Origin: Felis catus | Lineage: Eukaryota | Reading direction: 5' to 3' | Assembly (NCBI RefSeq): GCF_018350175.1 | Contig: NC_058368.1 | Span: 156,862,001 to 156,926,000 of the forward strand | Length of the DNA: 64,000 nucleotides | In this document: one piece after another, positions 39,331-52,339 of the stretch | How positions within the stretch are numbered: the stretch's first letter is position 1 | How the letters are laid out: the number at the start of each line of letters is the position of its first letter | The notes under the pieces: model-generated | Databases searched by the model: none | Told to the model about the DNA's origin: nothing | Seen by the model: the letters and a program-made list of their open reading frames with translations, nothing else | Translations under genes and position numbers: made by a program

Positions 39331-41984
39331 TCATATGCTATTAATCAGCTCTTAACATTTCCAAGAGTAGTAAATACTCCAAGTTCAAGTGAGAAGGCTT
39401 TACACTTTGACTTCCACTTTAGATTCCACTGAGACTCCACAGTGCTTGCTGCTGCCTTCACGTCTTTCCTCGGGGTTCTCTCTCTCTCCCCTAAATCTGC
39501 CTTTCTCTGTTCCTGGGATTTTGTTTTGTTTTTCTCTGTGTCTATGGGTCTTTCTCACTCCATTTTTTCTTCTCTCCATCTCCCCTTTTACCCTCCCTTT
39601 TCTCTCCACCACTTTTACTAGACCATCACCTGGACATGAGACATATTTATTATTAATGTATTGGCTCTTGTTGTCTTTAGGAAAGTATGTTGTATATTTT
39701 CGAGTACAGTATCACAACTATGTCATTTTTTATAGTTATTTAATTGAAAGAGAACCTTTCCTCCTCTTTTGAGTTTACTACCTCCTGCCTAAACAAATAA
39801 TCTAGTCCGCCAAAGAAACACCAACAAATCTGAACAAATCAATCCAAACAATATCAAATCAGCACAAAAAGCTTGAGAATTTCTGTGTGACATATGCCGG
39901 ACTCTTCTTGTTTGGAGTGGATTTCAGTCAGTGGCCTATGTGTCCAGAGCAAATACTTTCCATAGTTATTCTCCCTGTTAACTAATCCCTCCCTCACCAT
40001 TTGCCACACTTTCAAAAACACTCCTTTTTAAAAACTCAACACCTATCGAGGGTTCCTTTCTCTACTTTCTAAGAGATAATTCTGTTAAGTTTTATAAATT
40101 TGGAATTTTTTTCACTTGTGAATTTTGAAAATATTTATTAAGAAAAAAATGCAACTTTTCAAAAACTTTTCAAGTATCCACCAAAATCTAATAACTTGCT
40201 TTTAAAAAGCAATCTCATTTTAAACTGTACTAATTTCAAGATGAATTTGAAGAAAAGAAAAAAATAATTTGAGGTCATTTTCTATATGAGATCATCAAGA
40301 AAGAACACTTCATTTTCTGAGGCAATTGACAAAATGACTATGCAAGTCCAGACAGACGCTGGATTATAAAATATGACAGAATTTTAGGCTATCCGAAAAA
40401 GATCAGATAGCCGTAAAGAAAGAGACTCTGAATTAACAGTCTCTAAATCCCCTTCCAGTCTTTTCCTGCCTCCTGCACAAATGGACTCAGACAAGCCCAT
40501 TAAGCCTTATGGGCCGCAAGGGAAGAATTTGATGCATTTCTTTAGTTTTAGAAAGAAAATAAGAAACTGACAGTTCAAATCCTGGTGAAGCTGGTAAATT
40601 CAAGCTTAGATTTGCGTCTGCCCATGTTTCATGTGAATAGCGTATGATTTTACTGTGGTACCACATTTTCTTTTCTCCTTAGCTCTTTTTGTTCCTCCTC
40701 ATCCCAACTCTAACAGGTAAAGCAGAGTAGATAGTGGCTTTCTTTTAATGCAAGAATCCCTTAAAGTTATGTTCTGAATGATTGTTAATATTAGTAAAGG
40801 AAAATCATGCTATGTGCACAGATGTTCTAGTAGGGTATACACTGGAGGCCTAAAGCATTTTTCTATGAGTGCTGAGAGAACCACTCATCACTTCTTAGAT
40901 GAAACCAAGGAAAAAACAGAACCTTAACAGCTCGAGGATTCAGAAAAGAAGAAAATGAGAACAGCCAAAGAGCGATCAGATTCCCATCTGAGACAGACTT
41001 TGTACCACCTAAAAGGCAACTTGAAGGGAAGCATAAAGAATAATCTATACCATCTAAAATCTTGCAAATGTTAAGGAGTAACATTACTTCCTTTCTGGTG
41101 ATACAGGCTATGTCTATCTACCTTTCCAAAGACAGAGGGCTTAATGGAAGGTTAACATTTTATAATATACATTGTACCATTTTTCACCACTAGATTATTC
41201 TCTTATATTGACATTATCAATTAAGAAGTCTTTGTTTCAAGAATAAGTATACAAAGGGTTTATAAAATTGTAAAAAGGACAGAAAGTATAAAGCATGCCT
41301 CTAGCCTCAAGAAGTTTTTGATCTAGTTGGGTAGAAAGCTCAGTATATGTCAACCAAACTAGTTCAGACAATGTATGCTTGAAGAGCTCAAAAGAAGGCA
41401 ACATCATATTGTTATTCATTTAAATACTTACTTAAATTGTACTATATATAAGACACTGTGATAAACACTTTTTCAATTGTGCATTTTTTTTTAATTTTAT
41501 GATATAGTGAGATAGAAAAGACATATACACAGATAACAGTAAGAACAAGTACATTCTAAGAAATTACTATACTAGTTCAAACAAAAAGCTATAAACGTTG
41601 AGATGTTTCCTTCCTTCCTCTTTCCAAGGAGAATTTGTTTACAAGGACAAAATTAAGTTTCTTCCTCTCTTTCCTTCAGAAGGGTGAAGTTCAGCATTTA
41701 CATGAGTTCTCAGATTCAAATTTTTGCAGTTCCTTACCTACAGTTCAAACCCCAGTACACATTGGCTGACTTCTGACTCACATCTCCCAAGAAAGGAGAA
41801 ATGCTAAGGATAATGGAGCCAATGTAATTATTGCTGTAAGTAATAATAGTCTGTCCTTGTCTCAGATAGCTTACATCTACTTTCAGGGTAATATGAGTAA
41901 ATATAGATGTTTGAAACCCATCAGTAACATAATTACACATTCTATATATACTGAAAGGATAATGAATGAATATTATGAATGACA

Positions 41985-44605
41985 ATCCCAATCAAAACTG
42001 ACAACTTAGGAGGTGTCTGGGTGGCTCAGTCATTTAAACATCTGGCTCTTGATCTTGGCTCAGGTCTTGATCTCAGGGTCATGAGTTCAAACCCCATATT
42101 GGGCTCCAAGCTGGATAGGAGCCTACTTAAAACAAAATATTTTTTTAATTATAAAACTGCCTACTTAGAATAGACAAATTTCTTGAATTTCCTTGAAAGA
42201 CACAAACTACTAAAGCTAACTCAAGAAGAAATAGATAACCAGAATATTCTGGCCCTATAACTAGTAAATAAATTCAATTTGGAAAACAATCAAACAAAGA
42301 AACAAAAACACAAAGAAAACTCAAGGCTCAGATGGCTTCACTGGTGCATTACAGAAAACATTAAAGAAGAAATAATATAAATCTACACAAATTCTTCCTA
42401 AAAATATTGATGAGGAAATACTTCCCAACCTATTGCAGAGCCCAGCATTTCTCTATCAAACCGGACAATAACATAATAAAAAAATAAAACTATAGTGTCA
42501 TGAGCATAGATGCAAATATTTAAAATGAAATTTTAGCATATCAAATCCAACAATAGGTAGAAATCAATATATCAAGTGGGGTTTTCTTCAAGAATTGATT
42601 TAACATTTTTAAAAAGCAATCGATATAATCACTATAGTGACAAACTCAATAAGAACCCCTCTCCCTGCAACAGATATAAAGACACCATTTGGCAAAAATC
42701 CAACATTTATTCCTGATAAAAAACTGTCACGAAACTAAGAATAAAAAGAAATTCCCTCAACTTAATAAAGGGCATTCCCAAAACAAAACACTAAACTAAA
42801 AATCCTTACAGCTAATGCTTTCCTCCTAAAATTATAAATAAGACAAGGATGATGGTCAGTCTCATCACTTTTAGTTAGTATTTTGCTCAACATTCAAGCT
42901 AGTGTAATAAGAAAAGACATCTAGAATATAAAGGAAGAAGTAAAATTGTCCTTATTCACAGATGACATAATCATCTATGTAAAAAAGCCAATGAACCTAC
43001 AAAAAAGCTACTAGACCTAATATAAGAGTTTAGCAAGGTTTCAGGATACAACATCAATATACACAAATCTATTGTGATCTTAGCATACTAGCAACAAACA
43101 ATACAGAAATTAAAAAAAAAAACACTATAAACAACAGCCTAAAAATTATTAAATATTTAGATATAAATCTTACAAAAGATGAGCAAGACCTTAACACTGA
43201 GAGAAATTAAAAATCTGAATAAATAGAGAGGCAAATTATTGTGTTCATGTGTGACGCAACTTAGTCTTGATAACAAGCCAATTCTCTCCAGTTGGTCTAG
43301 AGATTCAACACAGTCCAATCAAAATCCCAGCAGGAAAATTTTCATAGAAATTGACAAACTGAATCTAAAATTCATATCAAGATGCAAATGACCTAGAATA
43401 GCCAAAACAACTTGGAAATAGAAGAAAAAATTAAAGGACTAATACTATCTGATTTCAAGATTTCCACAGATCTATAGTACTCGAGACAGTTTAGTACTGA
43501 TGTAAAACAGAGAGCAAGATCAATGGATTAAAACAGAAAGTCCAGAAATAGCCCACACGTACAAGGAAGACTAATATTCAAGGTGGAAAGATATTTCATT
43601 CTGTGAAGAAAGCATAATCTTTTAATAAATGGTGCTATAACAACTGGACATCCATATGCAAAACAGTGAGCTTCAATCCATGCCTTGAAAGACATAAAAA
43701 AATTAACTAGAAATAGATCATAGGCCTAAATGTACACTCTAAAACTATAAAACTTCCAGACAAAAACATAGGATATCTTCGTGAACTTGTGATAAAGACT
43801 TAGATGCAACGATAAAGAAATCTACATTAAGTTTTTTTTAATTGTTAAATTGAACTGCAGCAAAATTAAAACTTTCTTTCTTTGAAAGACAGTGTTTAAA
43901 CAATGAAAAGGAAAACTACTACTAAAGGGCAATATTTGCAAATCATGTATGTGATCAAGGACTGGAATCCAGAACACCTAAAGAACACTCAAAACTCAAT
44001 AATAATTTTTAAAATTTTACATTTAAAAAGTGGGCAAAAGATCTGAACAGACACTTCAGCAAAAAAGATACATGGATGGCACATGCACATATGTAAAGAT
44101 GCTCAATATAATCAGTCTTTAGAAAAATGCAAGTTAAAACCACAAGATACCACTACATTCGTATTAGAGCAGCTCAAATTTAATACTGACTGTACCAACT
44201 AGTGATGAGGATGTAGAGGAACTGGAACTCTCACACACTCCCCTGCTGCCAGGAGTATAAAATGTTAAAACCACTTTGGAAAACAGTTAAATAGTTACTT
44301 TAAACATATGCTTACCATATGATCTAGCCATTCCACTCCTAAGTATTTAGCCAAGAGAAGTGAAAGCTTGTGTCCATACAAACATGTGTATCTCAATATT
44401 ACAGTAGCTTTATTTATGATAGCCAAAATCTGGACACAACCCAAGTGTCCATCAACAAGTGAATGAATAAACACGTTGTTGTATATCCATAGAATAGAAT
44501 ACTATTTGCAATAAAAAGAAATGAACAGTGGATACATGCAACATGAAAAAATTTCAAACAATCATGCTGAGTGAAAGAAGCCAGAACAACAAAAGTAAAA
44601 AAAAA
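41985..44605 (+). mobile_element. Old LINE-1 (L1MC/MD-like): degenerate ORF2 to 3' region
   Basis: gatggcttcactggtg (DGFTG), ttattcacagatgacata (FTDD), ccatatgatctagccattccactcc, A-rich end. Confidence 0.9.
42009..42145 (+). mobile_element. Short, old CAN-SINE
   Basis: tRNA-derived head without a CT tract. Confidence 0.85.
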
Positions 44606-45194
44606 AAAAAAATGATAAAAAGAGAAGAAAAAGTATCCTCTCTGCAGCCAAGAAGGAAGGAAAACAGTTATTAGATAAAGTCCCAGAGTATTTACTACAA
44701 TTTCAAATACTTCCACCATATATCTTGGGTTTACTTTATATAAACATGCCAAATAAGACGGTCAATTTCCTAACAATACCTTCCTGACCTATGTGTGTGT
44801 GTGCGTGTGGGGGGGGGAGGGGTAGTAAAAATAGAACATGATTCCCTCATAGCTATAAAGCAGTGCAGAGTCTAACCCAGAGTTCAAAATATAGGTAGTT
44901 TTTACTACTTAATTGACCCACTACAACATTCTCCAGACCCTTGAAATGTAATTATTTGTCACTTACATTAAAATAGCAATTTGACTCAAAATTGGATCAA
45001 CACATTAACTTTTCATTTATACGCATTTTTTGCCTTCCTTTCTAAGACTTCTAATTTCAAAGGGTCTGATTTAATCCACAAGAATAGCTGTGGCCATGTT
45101 CCAGCAAGAGCACTTTACCCACTCTATGAGCTGCCACTCAATCTTACAAGGAGCTTACTAAACATGCAGATAGAGGAGTCCTATACCAGACATA

Positions 45195-45922
45195 CTGTTG
45201 CAGACAGAATCCTCAGATGCCCTCTCCCATGATATCCAGTCCCTAGTGTTACTCACATAATAATATTATTATATTACATGACAAAAGGGATTTTGCACAT
45301 GTAATTAAAGTTACTATTCAGTTAAACTGGAGCAATTATCCAGGTAGGCTTAAACTAATCATTCAAGCCCTTTAAAAGCAAATGGTTTCTCTAGCTAGTT
45401 GCAGATGGGCAAATCACAAAGATTGAAATGTGAGAGGGGCGCCTGTCTGCCTCAATCAGAAGAGCAGGCAACTCTTGATCTGGTGGTTGTGAGTTTAAGC
45501 CCCATGTTGGGGGTAGAGATTACTTAAATAAAATTTTTTAAAAAGTAAAAGAAACATGAGAGGGATAGAATATGAGAGAGTTTCTCTGCCATTGAGATAA
45601 AGGGGGCCATGTGGCAAGGATTGAGAGCAGCCTTTAGGGGCTGAGAGGGGTCCTCAGTCAACAGCTGGTAAGATAAAGGGGCCTCAGCCCTACAACCACA
45701 AGAAGTCAATTCTACCAACAATTGGAGGGAGCTTGAAAGCAGATGGTTACCCAGAGGCTTCAGCTAAAAGCTCAGCCCAGCTGACACCTTATAAGCCCCT
45801 AAGTGGAAAATCCACTTGAGCCCACCAAAACTACTTCTGACTACAGAGCTGTGACATAGTAAATAGGTACCATTTTATGTACCTGAGTTTGATAATTGGT
45901 TATGCATCAACAGAAAATATAC
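45195..45922 (+). mobile_element. MaLR LTR (MLT1D/E-like), interrupted by a short SINE (45436-45545)
   Basis: tgttgcagacagaatcct ... gattttgcacatgtaattaaag ... ggggccatgtggcaagga ... cttctgactacagagctgtga. Confidence 0.85.
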
Positions 45923-45928
45923 TTCCTG

Positions 45929-46120
45929 GTGGTGCCTAGGTGGCTCAGTTGGTTAAGTGACCAACTTCGGCTCAGGTCATGATCTCACACTTCCTGAGTT
46001 CGAGCCCCACAATGGTCTCTGCACATTGACAGCACGGAGCCTGCTTTAGATTGGGTTTCCCTCTCTCGGCCCCTCCCCCAGCTATGCCTGCCACTCAAAA
46101 GTAAACATTAAAAAAAGAAA
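45929..46120 (+). mobile_element. CAN-SINE
   Basis: ggtgcctaggtggctcagttggttaag head, A tail. Confidence 0.9.
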
Positions 46121-46885
46121 ATTAATACACTTTCTGAATCAATGTCTCTGAAAGTGGTGCCCAATAATTTATGTGCTTAACAAGCTCCCAATTTATTTGT
46201 ATACACAGTAAAGTATAAGACCAATTGAACCAGAAGAATATGATCACAGAAATGAAGCAAATTACACTTCTGAGCTTATTTTTCAAAGCTTGAGAGGCCA
46301 AATCAATTTACAATTTGAACACAGTTCTTACTTAACTCCTTGTTAATGACATTTCTCCTTATCCACATGATGAAGAAAACTCTTAAGGTCATTTAATTCA
46401 TCTTCCAGCCTCCAAGCAAGGCTGAATTATGTTCTACTCAAAATCCATTCATTCTACTTTCAGAAAATCTTTAATGAGTAAATATGCTCACTGTCAATTA
46501 TATGATCCAGTGCACAGTACCACTTTCTTGTCTGCACATTCTTCCTTTAGAGGCATTCTAAATTCTGTTTCATGTGCTTTAAGTCAATTTCTCTTTTAAG
46601 ATCTTGGAAAAAATAGTTAACAGCTGGCTATCTTCCTTTTATGTTATGTCCTTTATTTCCTATGAGACTGTTGAGTAGCAATGTGCCTAATTCCTAGGAG
46701 GCCAATTGTGATTGGTCTAGATTGAAGCTATATATAGTCTGGGCTGATAACTGGATAAAGGTTGGCATGTGATCCGTTTCTGACCAAAAGACCTAAAAAG
46801 AAGGCTGCTGGATGATCATTGGAAAAATTTTCCTCCTTGGTAAAAAGGAAGATCCAGAGAGACACCACTTTTTCCCTCCCAAAAA

Positions 46886-46927
<42 letters not shown>
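46886..46927. repeat. (CA)n microsatellite within an old LTR-like segment
   Basis: Seen directly in the sequence. Confidence 0.95.
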
Positions 46928-46929
<2 letters not shown>

Positions 46930-47938
46930 ATGAAGATGCCAAAGTGACTTTGTACTCATGTCAGAATTCCTTTGCTCAATCCATGCCCTGCATCACCCTC
47001 AAAGAGCTTAGACCACATCTGCATATAACACATTTAGAAACACAAGATAATTGGAACATCCTGTGACATGAGAGGAGACTTCAGTGACATGCTGTTGGTC
47101 CAGAAGGGAAATATGAAGAGCATCTTCATCCTTGAAGACTCTGTAAAGCTGCCAAACTGATCCTGAAACATCAAAATTCTCCCATTGAGACTTAAAATGG
47201 CCTTATTCAACCCATTTTTAGCTGGGTGTTCTGATGCTTCCTTGCATCTCATATAATATAAACCACTTTCATATCAGGTAACACCCCCAGAAAGATCCTA
47301 GAAATGCTTAGTGTGTAGTAATTATCTCTAGTCCCTCTTCTTGGCATGTTCCTTGAACCAGAAATCCCAAAGATCCTCTGAGGATTGGCAAGGTGGCACT
47401 CTGCCAGGCAGTCTAGAGGAGATGATGGCTGCCACCCACCTCTTTGCCCCTTAACCGATCCCTAGAACCAGCAGGCAACACTGCTGAGTCCAGACTGAAG
47501 TTCCCAGAAACACTTTCTGAAGGAGTCTTCATAACAAACCATTAGGGACACAGTGAGTTGGAGCAAGCCTGGACTCCACCCAGAAGAGAATAACTCTGTT
47601 GGGATGGACCTCAAATCTGTGAGTAAAGGAAATGCTTCAGTTCCTCTAGGCATGACCAAGGTAGCAAGAGCCTGACAGCTAGCTAAGCCCCCTGTTGGCT
47701 GTTTTCTGCCTACACAAGAATCCTCTACTAGAAATTGTGGCTGCTGTTTCATAGGAAAAAAAAAAAAAAAGCCAGGCTTCCAAGGAAGAGAGATATTCCA
47801 CTTTGTGTTCTTGGCAAACTGCAATGGAACACAAGGGTGAAAAACACACAATGTTAAGCACATAGTAAATGCTCCCTCTTTTGATTCATGAATAAAATAT
47901 TGTGAAAAAATTTTATAATTACAACATTTGGTATTTCC

Positions 47939-48123
47939 TTTTTACTTTTTTAAGTTTATTTATTTATTTTGAGAGAGAGAGAGAGCAAGCATAAGCAGGG
48001 GAGGGGCAGAGAGAGAAAGGGAGAGAGAGAATCCCAAGTAGGCTCCACACTGTTGGCACAGAACCCTACATGGGGCTCTATCTCAAAAAGAGTGAGATCA
48101 TGAGCCGAGATCCCAGGCGCCCC
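47939..48123 (-). mobile_element. CAN-SINE with internal deletion
   Basis: Reversed SINEC; flanks share ggtatttccttt. Confidence 0.9.
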
Positions 48124-48567
48124 AGGTATTTCCTTTCTAAAATTAGTTTTAAAGAAAGGGTCAGTCTTTCTTTCTGATTTACTCTAAGAAATATTTAGTG
48201 GCAGTGTAGGGACTGGAAGGAAAGTTGACCTTGGGAAGCATGACCACGACAGTCCCTGCACAAGCTGCAAATAGCCTAAGAAAGTGGCATATACCTTGGT
48301 GAACCTGCCATGGCCCAGAGTGTTGTTCTCAACTCCGCTGGCTCAGAACCTGATTCTTTCATCCACACATGTGGATGCTGAGCTGAGGCGAAAAGCATAC
48401 CTGACACATGGACCTGAACAGTCAGATTGAAATGACCAGCACATTCTCTACAATAGGCAAAGCAATGAAAGGCCAAATCATAGACAAAATGTAATTGAAT
48501 AAGCATGAAATCAGAACAAGGAGAATTCGCTGATGATTCAAAATCACAGGGGTACAAGCATCCTCAC

Positions 48568-48912
48568 CATGGTGGAGAAGTCAAAAGGATTGGGATTGAA
48601 GTTGTCATGCCAACCTTCTTGAGCAGTTCTTAGCGAGGCTCCTCCGAAGTTTCTTTCTCAGACACTCCCCTAATCCTGTGTTGGTGTCAGTCTGAAAAGT
48701 CATCTCCCTTCCAACTGGGATATTATTTATCTTTAAATGTGTTAATTTTTCAATTAATTTGTAGTTAACTCTTATCAAACCTGGGAGAGCCATTCTGATA
48801 TTTCCATCTTTCTGCTTTCTGTTGATTTTATACTTTCACTTGGGGGCCAACACTGTCTCTAGGTTGTTTGCACAACACTTCATTGCTACTCCCTGGATGC
48901 TTACAAAATACC

Positions 48913-48950
<38 letters not shown>

Positions 48951-49320
48951 AAAAAACACATCCCAAACTGCTGTAGCGCTCATGTCAGAATTCATTTGCT
49001 CAATCCATACTCCAGCATTAGCCTCATGGAAGGTGGACCACATATTCACATAATACTTGCAGGAAAATAACTGCAATCATAATCTTTACAACAAAACAAG
49101 CAACAATGAGTCCTGGAACCATCCATGACCGCTATTCCCCAGACACTCAGTCCGATATCCTTTCAATTAGTCTGTACAAATATTCCCACTCCCACCCGTA
49201 CTACATTAATCATAATTCTTGGACGTGCAAAGCACTCAGCCCCCTTCCTCCACCTCTCCGCCACACTGCCACCAGCACGTACACACAGGCACTCCACAGG
49301 TGCACATGTACGTGCTGAAA
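48568..49320 (-). promoter_or_regulatory. Candidate promoter/enhancer with HIF-type elements and a possible first exon
   Basis: ACGTG at 49223-49227; TACGTGCTG on both strands within 49273-49317; C/EBP-like TTGTGCAA (~48870); TATAAAA (48832-48826, minus); CCACCATG|GTGAGG donor at 48568/48567. Confidence 0.4.
48914..48949. repeat. Poly(A) run, ~35 nt
   Basis: Seen directly; no upstream AATAAA or clear TSD. Confidence 0.9.
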
Positions 49321-51394
49321 GTCTTACTGGGTATAGTTCTGATTCCCTTGCATTCTTTTGGAGAGAAGCTACTGCAGCCTATATGACTTCAGTTTAGATG
49401 CAGCAATGGCGAGGCTTTCCATCTTTGAGGGCATTTTACAAAAGCATTTTGACTGAAATGACACACACACTTAGGCACCTAAATGTACCCCCTCCCCATA
49501 AAAAACAGATTTTCTCAAAAAAGGGAGCAAGTTTGTTTTTGTCTCCAGTCTTACTGTTGTACAAACATAAAATTTGGTTTCTTAAAAGCAACATTAAAAA
49601 GACCATTGAGCCCTCCAGTGGTAAAATTATGAAAATGATACAAGGCACATCCAAGCATCCTAAAGAACTCTCACAAAGATAGGCAGAAACAGAGTAGACA
49701 CAGGTAAGTCAATTTAGGGGTATTGGGTTTTCAGAAGGCCCTTTAAAACTTATTTACTGTGCTTTGAGGTTTGTTTATTTTCACAGTTGTATGTTTTAAT
49801 AAAAGGTTTAATTAAAGGTGTGTCACAAGATATATCTGGTGAATCTTGTTCCAGGTTTGAATTATAGCACTTTTGAAAATGAAACATAAAATGCAAACAG
49901 TAGTCATTCCTAGAGGTCTGTAATCAACTGTTTCAACTCAGAGAACATCTGGCTTGAGTTAAAGATGCTTGGTGAATTTGTTAATTATTCTCTCTTGCCA
50001 TAGGCATTTTCCTGCACTGAGTTACACAGACTATTTGGTACATGTTTACAACTCTCTTCTTTGTTTTCCTAGTTTCTAAAGAACTAAGGGGATAAAGAGA
50101 GGCAAAGCGTTTATATTTTTGATGGCTGGTCAAAACAGATGACCTCTTCTCCTATGAGGCTTCTGACATCTGATCATACCAGCCTATCTCCCTCCTCACT
50201 GCAGTCACCAAGGCAGGAGCCCAATTTATTGAATATTTTGGTCAGAGGCTTAGAGTCCTCTTTCCATCACAGTATTTTATCCATTCAATCATGCATTTAT
50301 TCATTTACAACTTATCCAGCAAATATTTGAGTGCCATTTATTTCTGTGCTCATAAAGTGTAGACTCTTCATGGAATGAAGACTCTAAGAAGTGTACTCAT
50401 TTAATCATATATTTGTAAACAAGCTACAAGAAGTAAAATCACTAAAAGCAGCTGGGAAGATGGAGGTGTAGGAGGACGCTGAGCTCACCGCGTCCTGCGG
50501 ATCACTTAGATTCCACCCACACCTGCCTAAATAACCCAGAAAATCGCGAGAAGACTAGCAGAATGGATTCTGATGAGAGGTCCACGGAAGAGGGTAGGAA
50601 GGGCAGCGAGGCAGTGTGCGTTACATGGACTGGCGGGAGGGAGCCAGGGCGGAGGGGCGGCCCGTCAGCAAAGCAGAGCCCCCAAGTCTGGCTTGCAAAA
50701 GTGGAGGGGCTGGACGGAGTGTGTTCAGACAGCGAGTGGGACTTAACATCTGGAAGGTTATAAGTTAACAGCTCTGCTTGGAGAGCAGGAGGGCTGGAGG
50801 ACAACGGGAGGGAGAGTTGTTGAGCCCTGGACGACAGAGCACAGCTTGGTGGGGGGGGGGGGGGGGGGGGGGGGGGAACAAAGGCACTCTCCAGCGCCAT
50901 CTCCCTCGCCCATCTCCCAGCCAAAATCCCAAAGGGAACTGGTTCCTGCCAGGGAACTGGCTTGCACCGAGAAAACACCAAACGCTGTGCTTCTGTGGAT
51001 CCATCCCTCTGGCGGGTCTGACTCCCTCCCAGTGCCACGGGGCCCTTCCCAAAGCGGATCACCGAAGGAAAAGCAGAAAAGCGAGCTGAGCCTGCCCCTC
51101 CCGCCCATGTGCACCTTGCCTATCCACCCCAGCTAATACGCCAGATCCCCAGCACCACAAGCCTGGCAATGTGCAAGTAGCCCAGACGAGCTATGCCAAC
51201 ACACAGTGAATCCTGCCCCTAGGAGAGGGGAAGAGAAAGTACACACCAGTCTGACTGTGGCACCAGCAGTGGCCCCCAGGAGGGCTGGGGGAAGACATCA
51301 GGTCTGACTGCAGCCCCGCCCACCAACGCAAGTTATTCAAGACAGCACAGGGGAAGTGCCCTGCAGTTCCGCACCACTCCAGGGACTATCCAAA

Positions 51395-52289
51395 ATGATG
51401 AAATGGAAGAATTCCCCTCAAAAAAAATCCAGGAAATAACGACAGCTAACGAACTGATCAAAAATGATTTAAACAATATAACAGAAAGTGAATTTAGAAT
51501 ATTAGTCATAAAATTAATCGCTGGGCTTGAAAACACTATAAAGGACAGGAGAGAATCTATTGCTACAGAGATCAAGGGACTAAGGAACAGCCAGGAGGAG
51601 CTAAATAAATTCTATTAACGAGCTGCAAAATAAAATGGAGACGACCACAGCTCGCATTGAAGAGGCAGAGGAGAAAATAGGTGAACTAGAAGATAAAGTT
51701 ATGGAAAAAGAAGAAGCTGAGAAAAAGAGAGATAAAAAAAATCCAGGAGTATGAGGGGAAAATTAGACAACTAAGTGATGCACTAAAGAGAAATAATCTA
51801 CGCATAATTGGTATTCCAGAGGAGGAAGAGAGAGGGAAAGGTGCTGAAGGTGTACTTGAAGAAATAATAGCTGAGAACTTCCCTGAATTAGGGAAGGAAA
51901 AAGGCATTGAAATCCAAGAGGCACAGAGAACTCCCTTCAGACGTAACTTGAATCGATCTTCTGCACGACCTATCATAGTCAAACTGGCAAAATACAAGGA
52001 TAAAGAGAAAATTCTGAAAGCAGCTAGGAATAAATGGACTCTAACATATAAAGGGAGACCAATAAGACTCATGACCGATCTCTCTACTGAAACGTGGCAG
52101 GCCAGAAAGGAATGGCAGGAGATCTTCAATGTGATGAAAAGAAAAAATATGCAGCTGAGAATCCTTTATCCAGCAAGCCTGTCATTTAGAATAGAAGGAG
52201 AGATAAAGGTTTTCCCAAACAAACAAAAACTGAAGGAATTCGTCACCACTAAACCAGCCCTACAAGAGATCCTAAGGGGGATCCTGTGA
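51395..52289 (+). pseudogene. L1 ORF1p (frameshifted)
   Basis: Fragments KKIQEITTANELIKNDL... and RPIIVKLAKYKDKEKILKAAR...YPASLSFRIEGEIKVF...KPALQEIL lie in different frames. Confidence 0.93.
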
Positions 52290-52339
52290 GACAAAGTACC
52301 AGAGACATCGCTACAAGCATGAAACCTACAGACATCACA

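Noticed and set aside
39017..39334. 105-aa Ile/Tyr-rich ORF
   Set aside because: Artefact of the TA microsatellite.
49273..49317. Pre-miRNA interpretation of the inverted repeat (CAGCACGTA also occurs in miR-16)
   Set aside because: The stem is too short and the rest does not match miR-15/16 family sequences.
49398..49709. 94-aa + strand ORF and CAG|GTAAGT donor at 49703
   Set aside because: The peptide is unrecognised and the donor lies in what looks like a CR1 relic. At most this is a divergent non-coding transcript.
50502..51062. 186-aa antisense ORF in the L1 5'UTR (possible ORF0 analogue)
   Set aside because: It starts at GTG, lies in GC-rich stop-poor sequence, and its polyproline comes from the G homopolymer; nothing supports translation.
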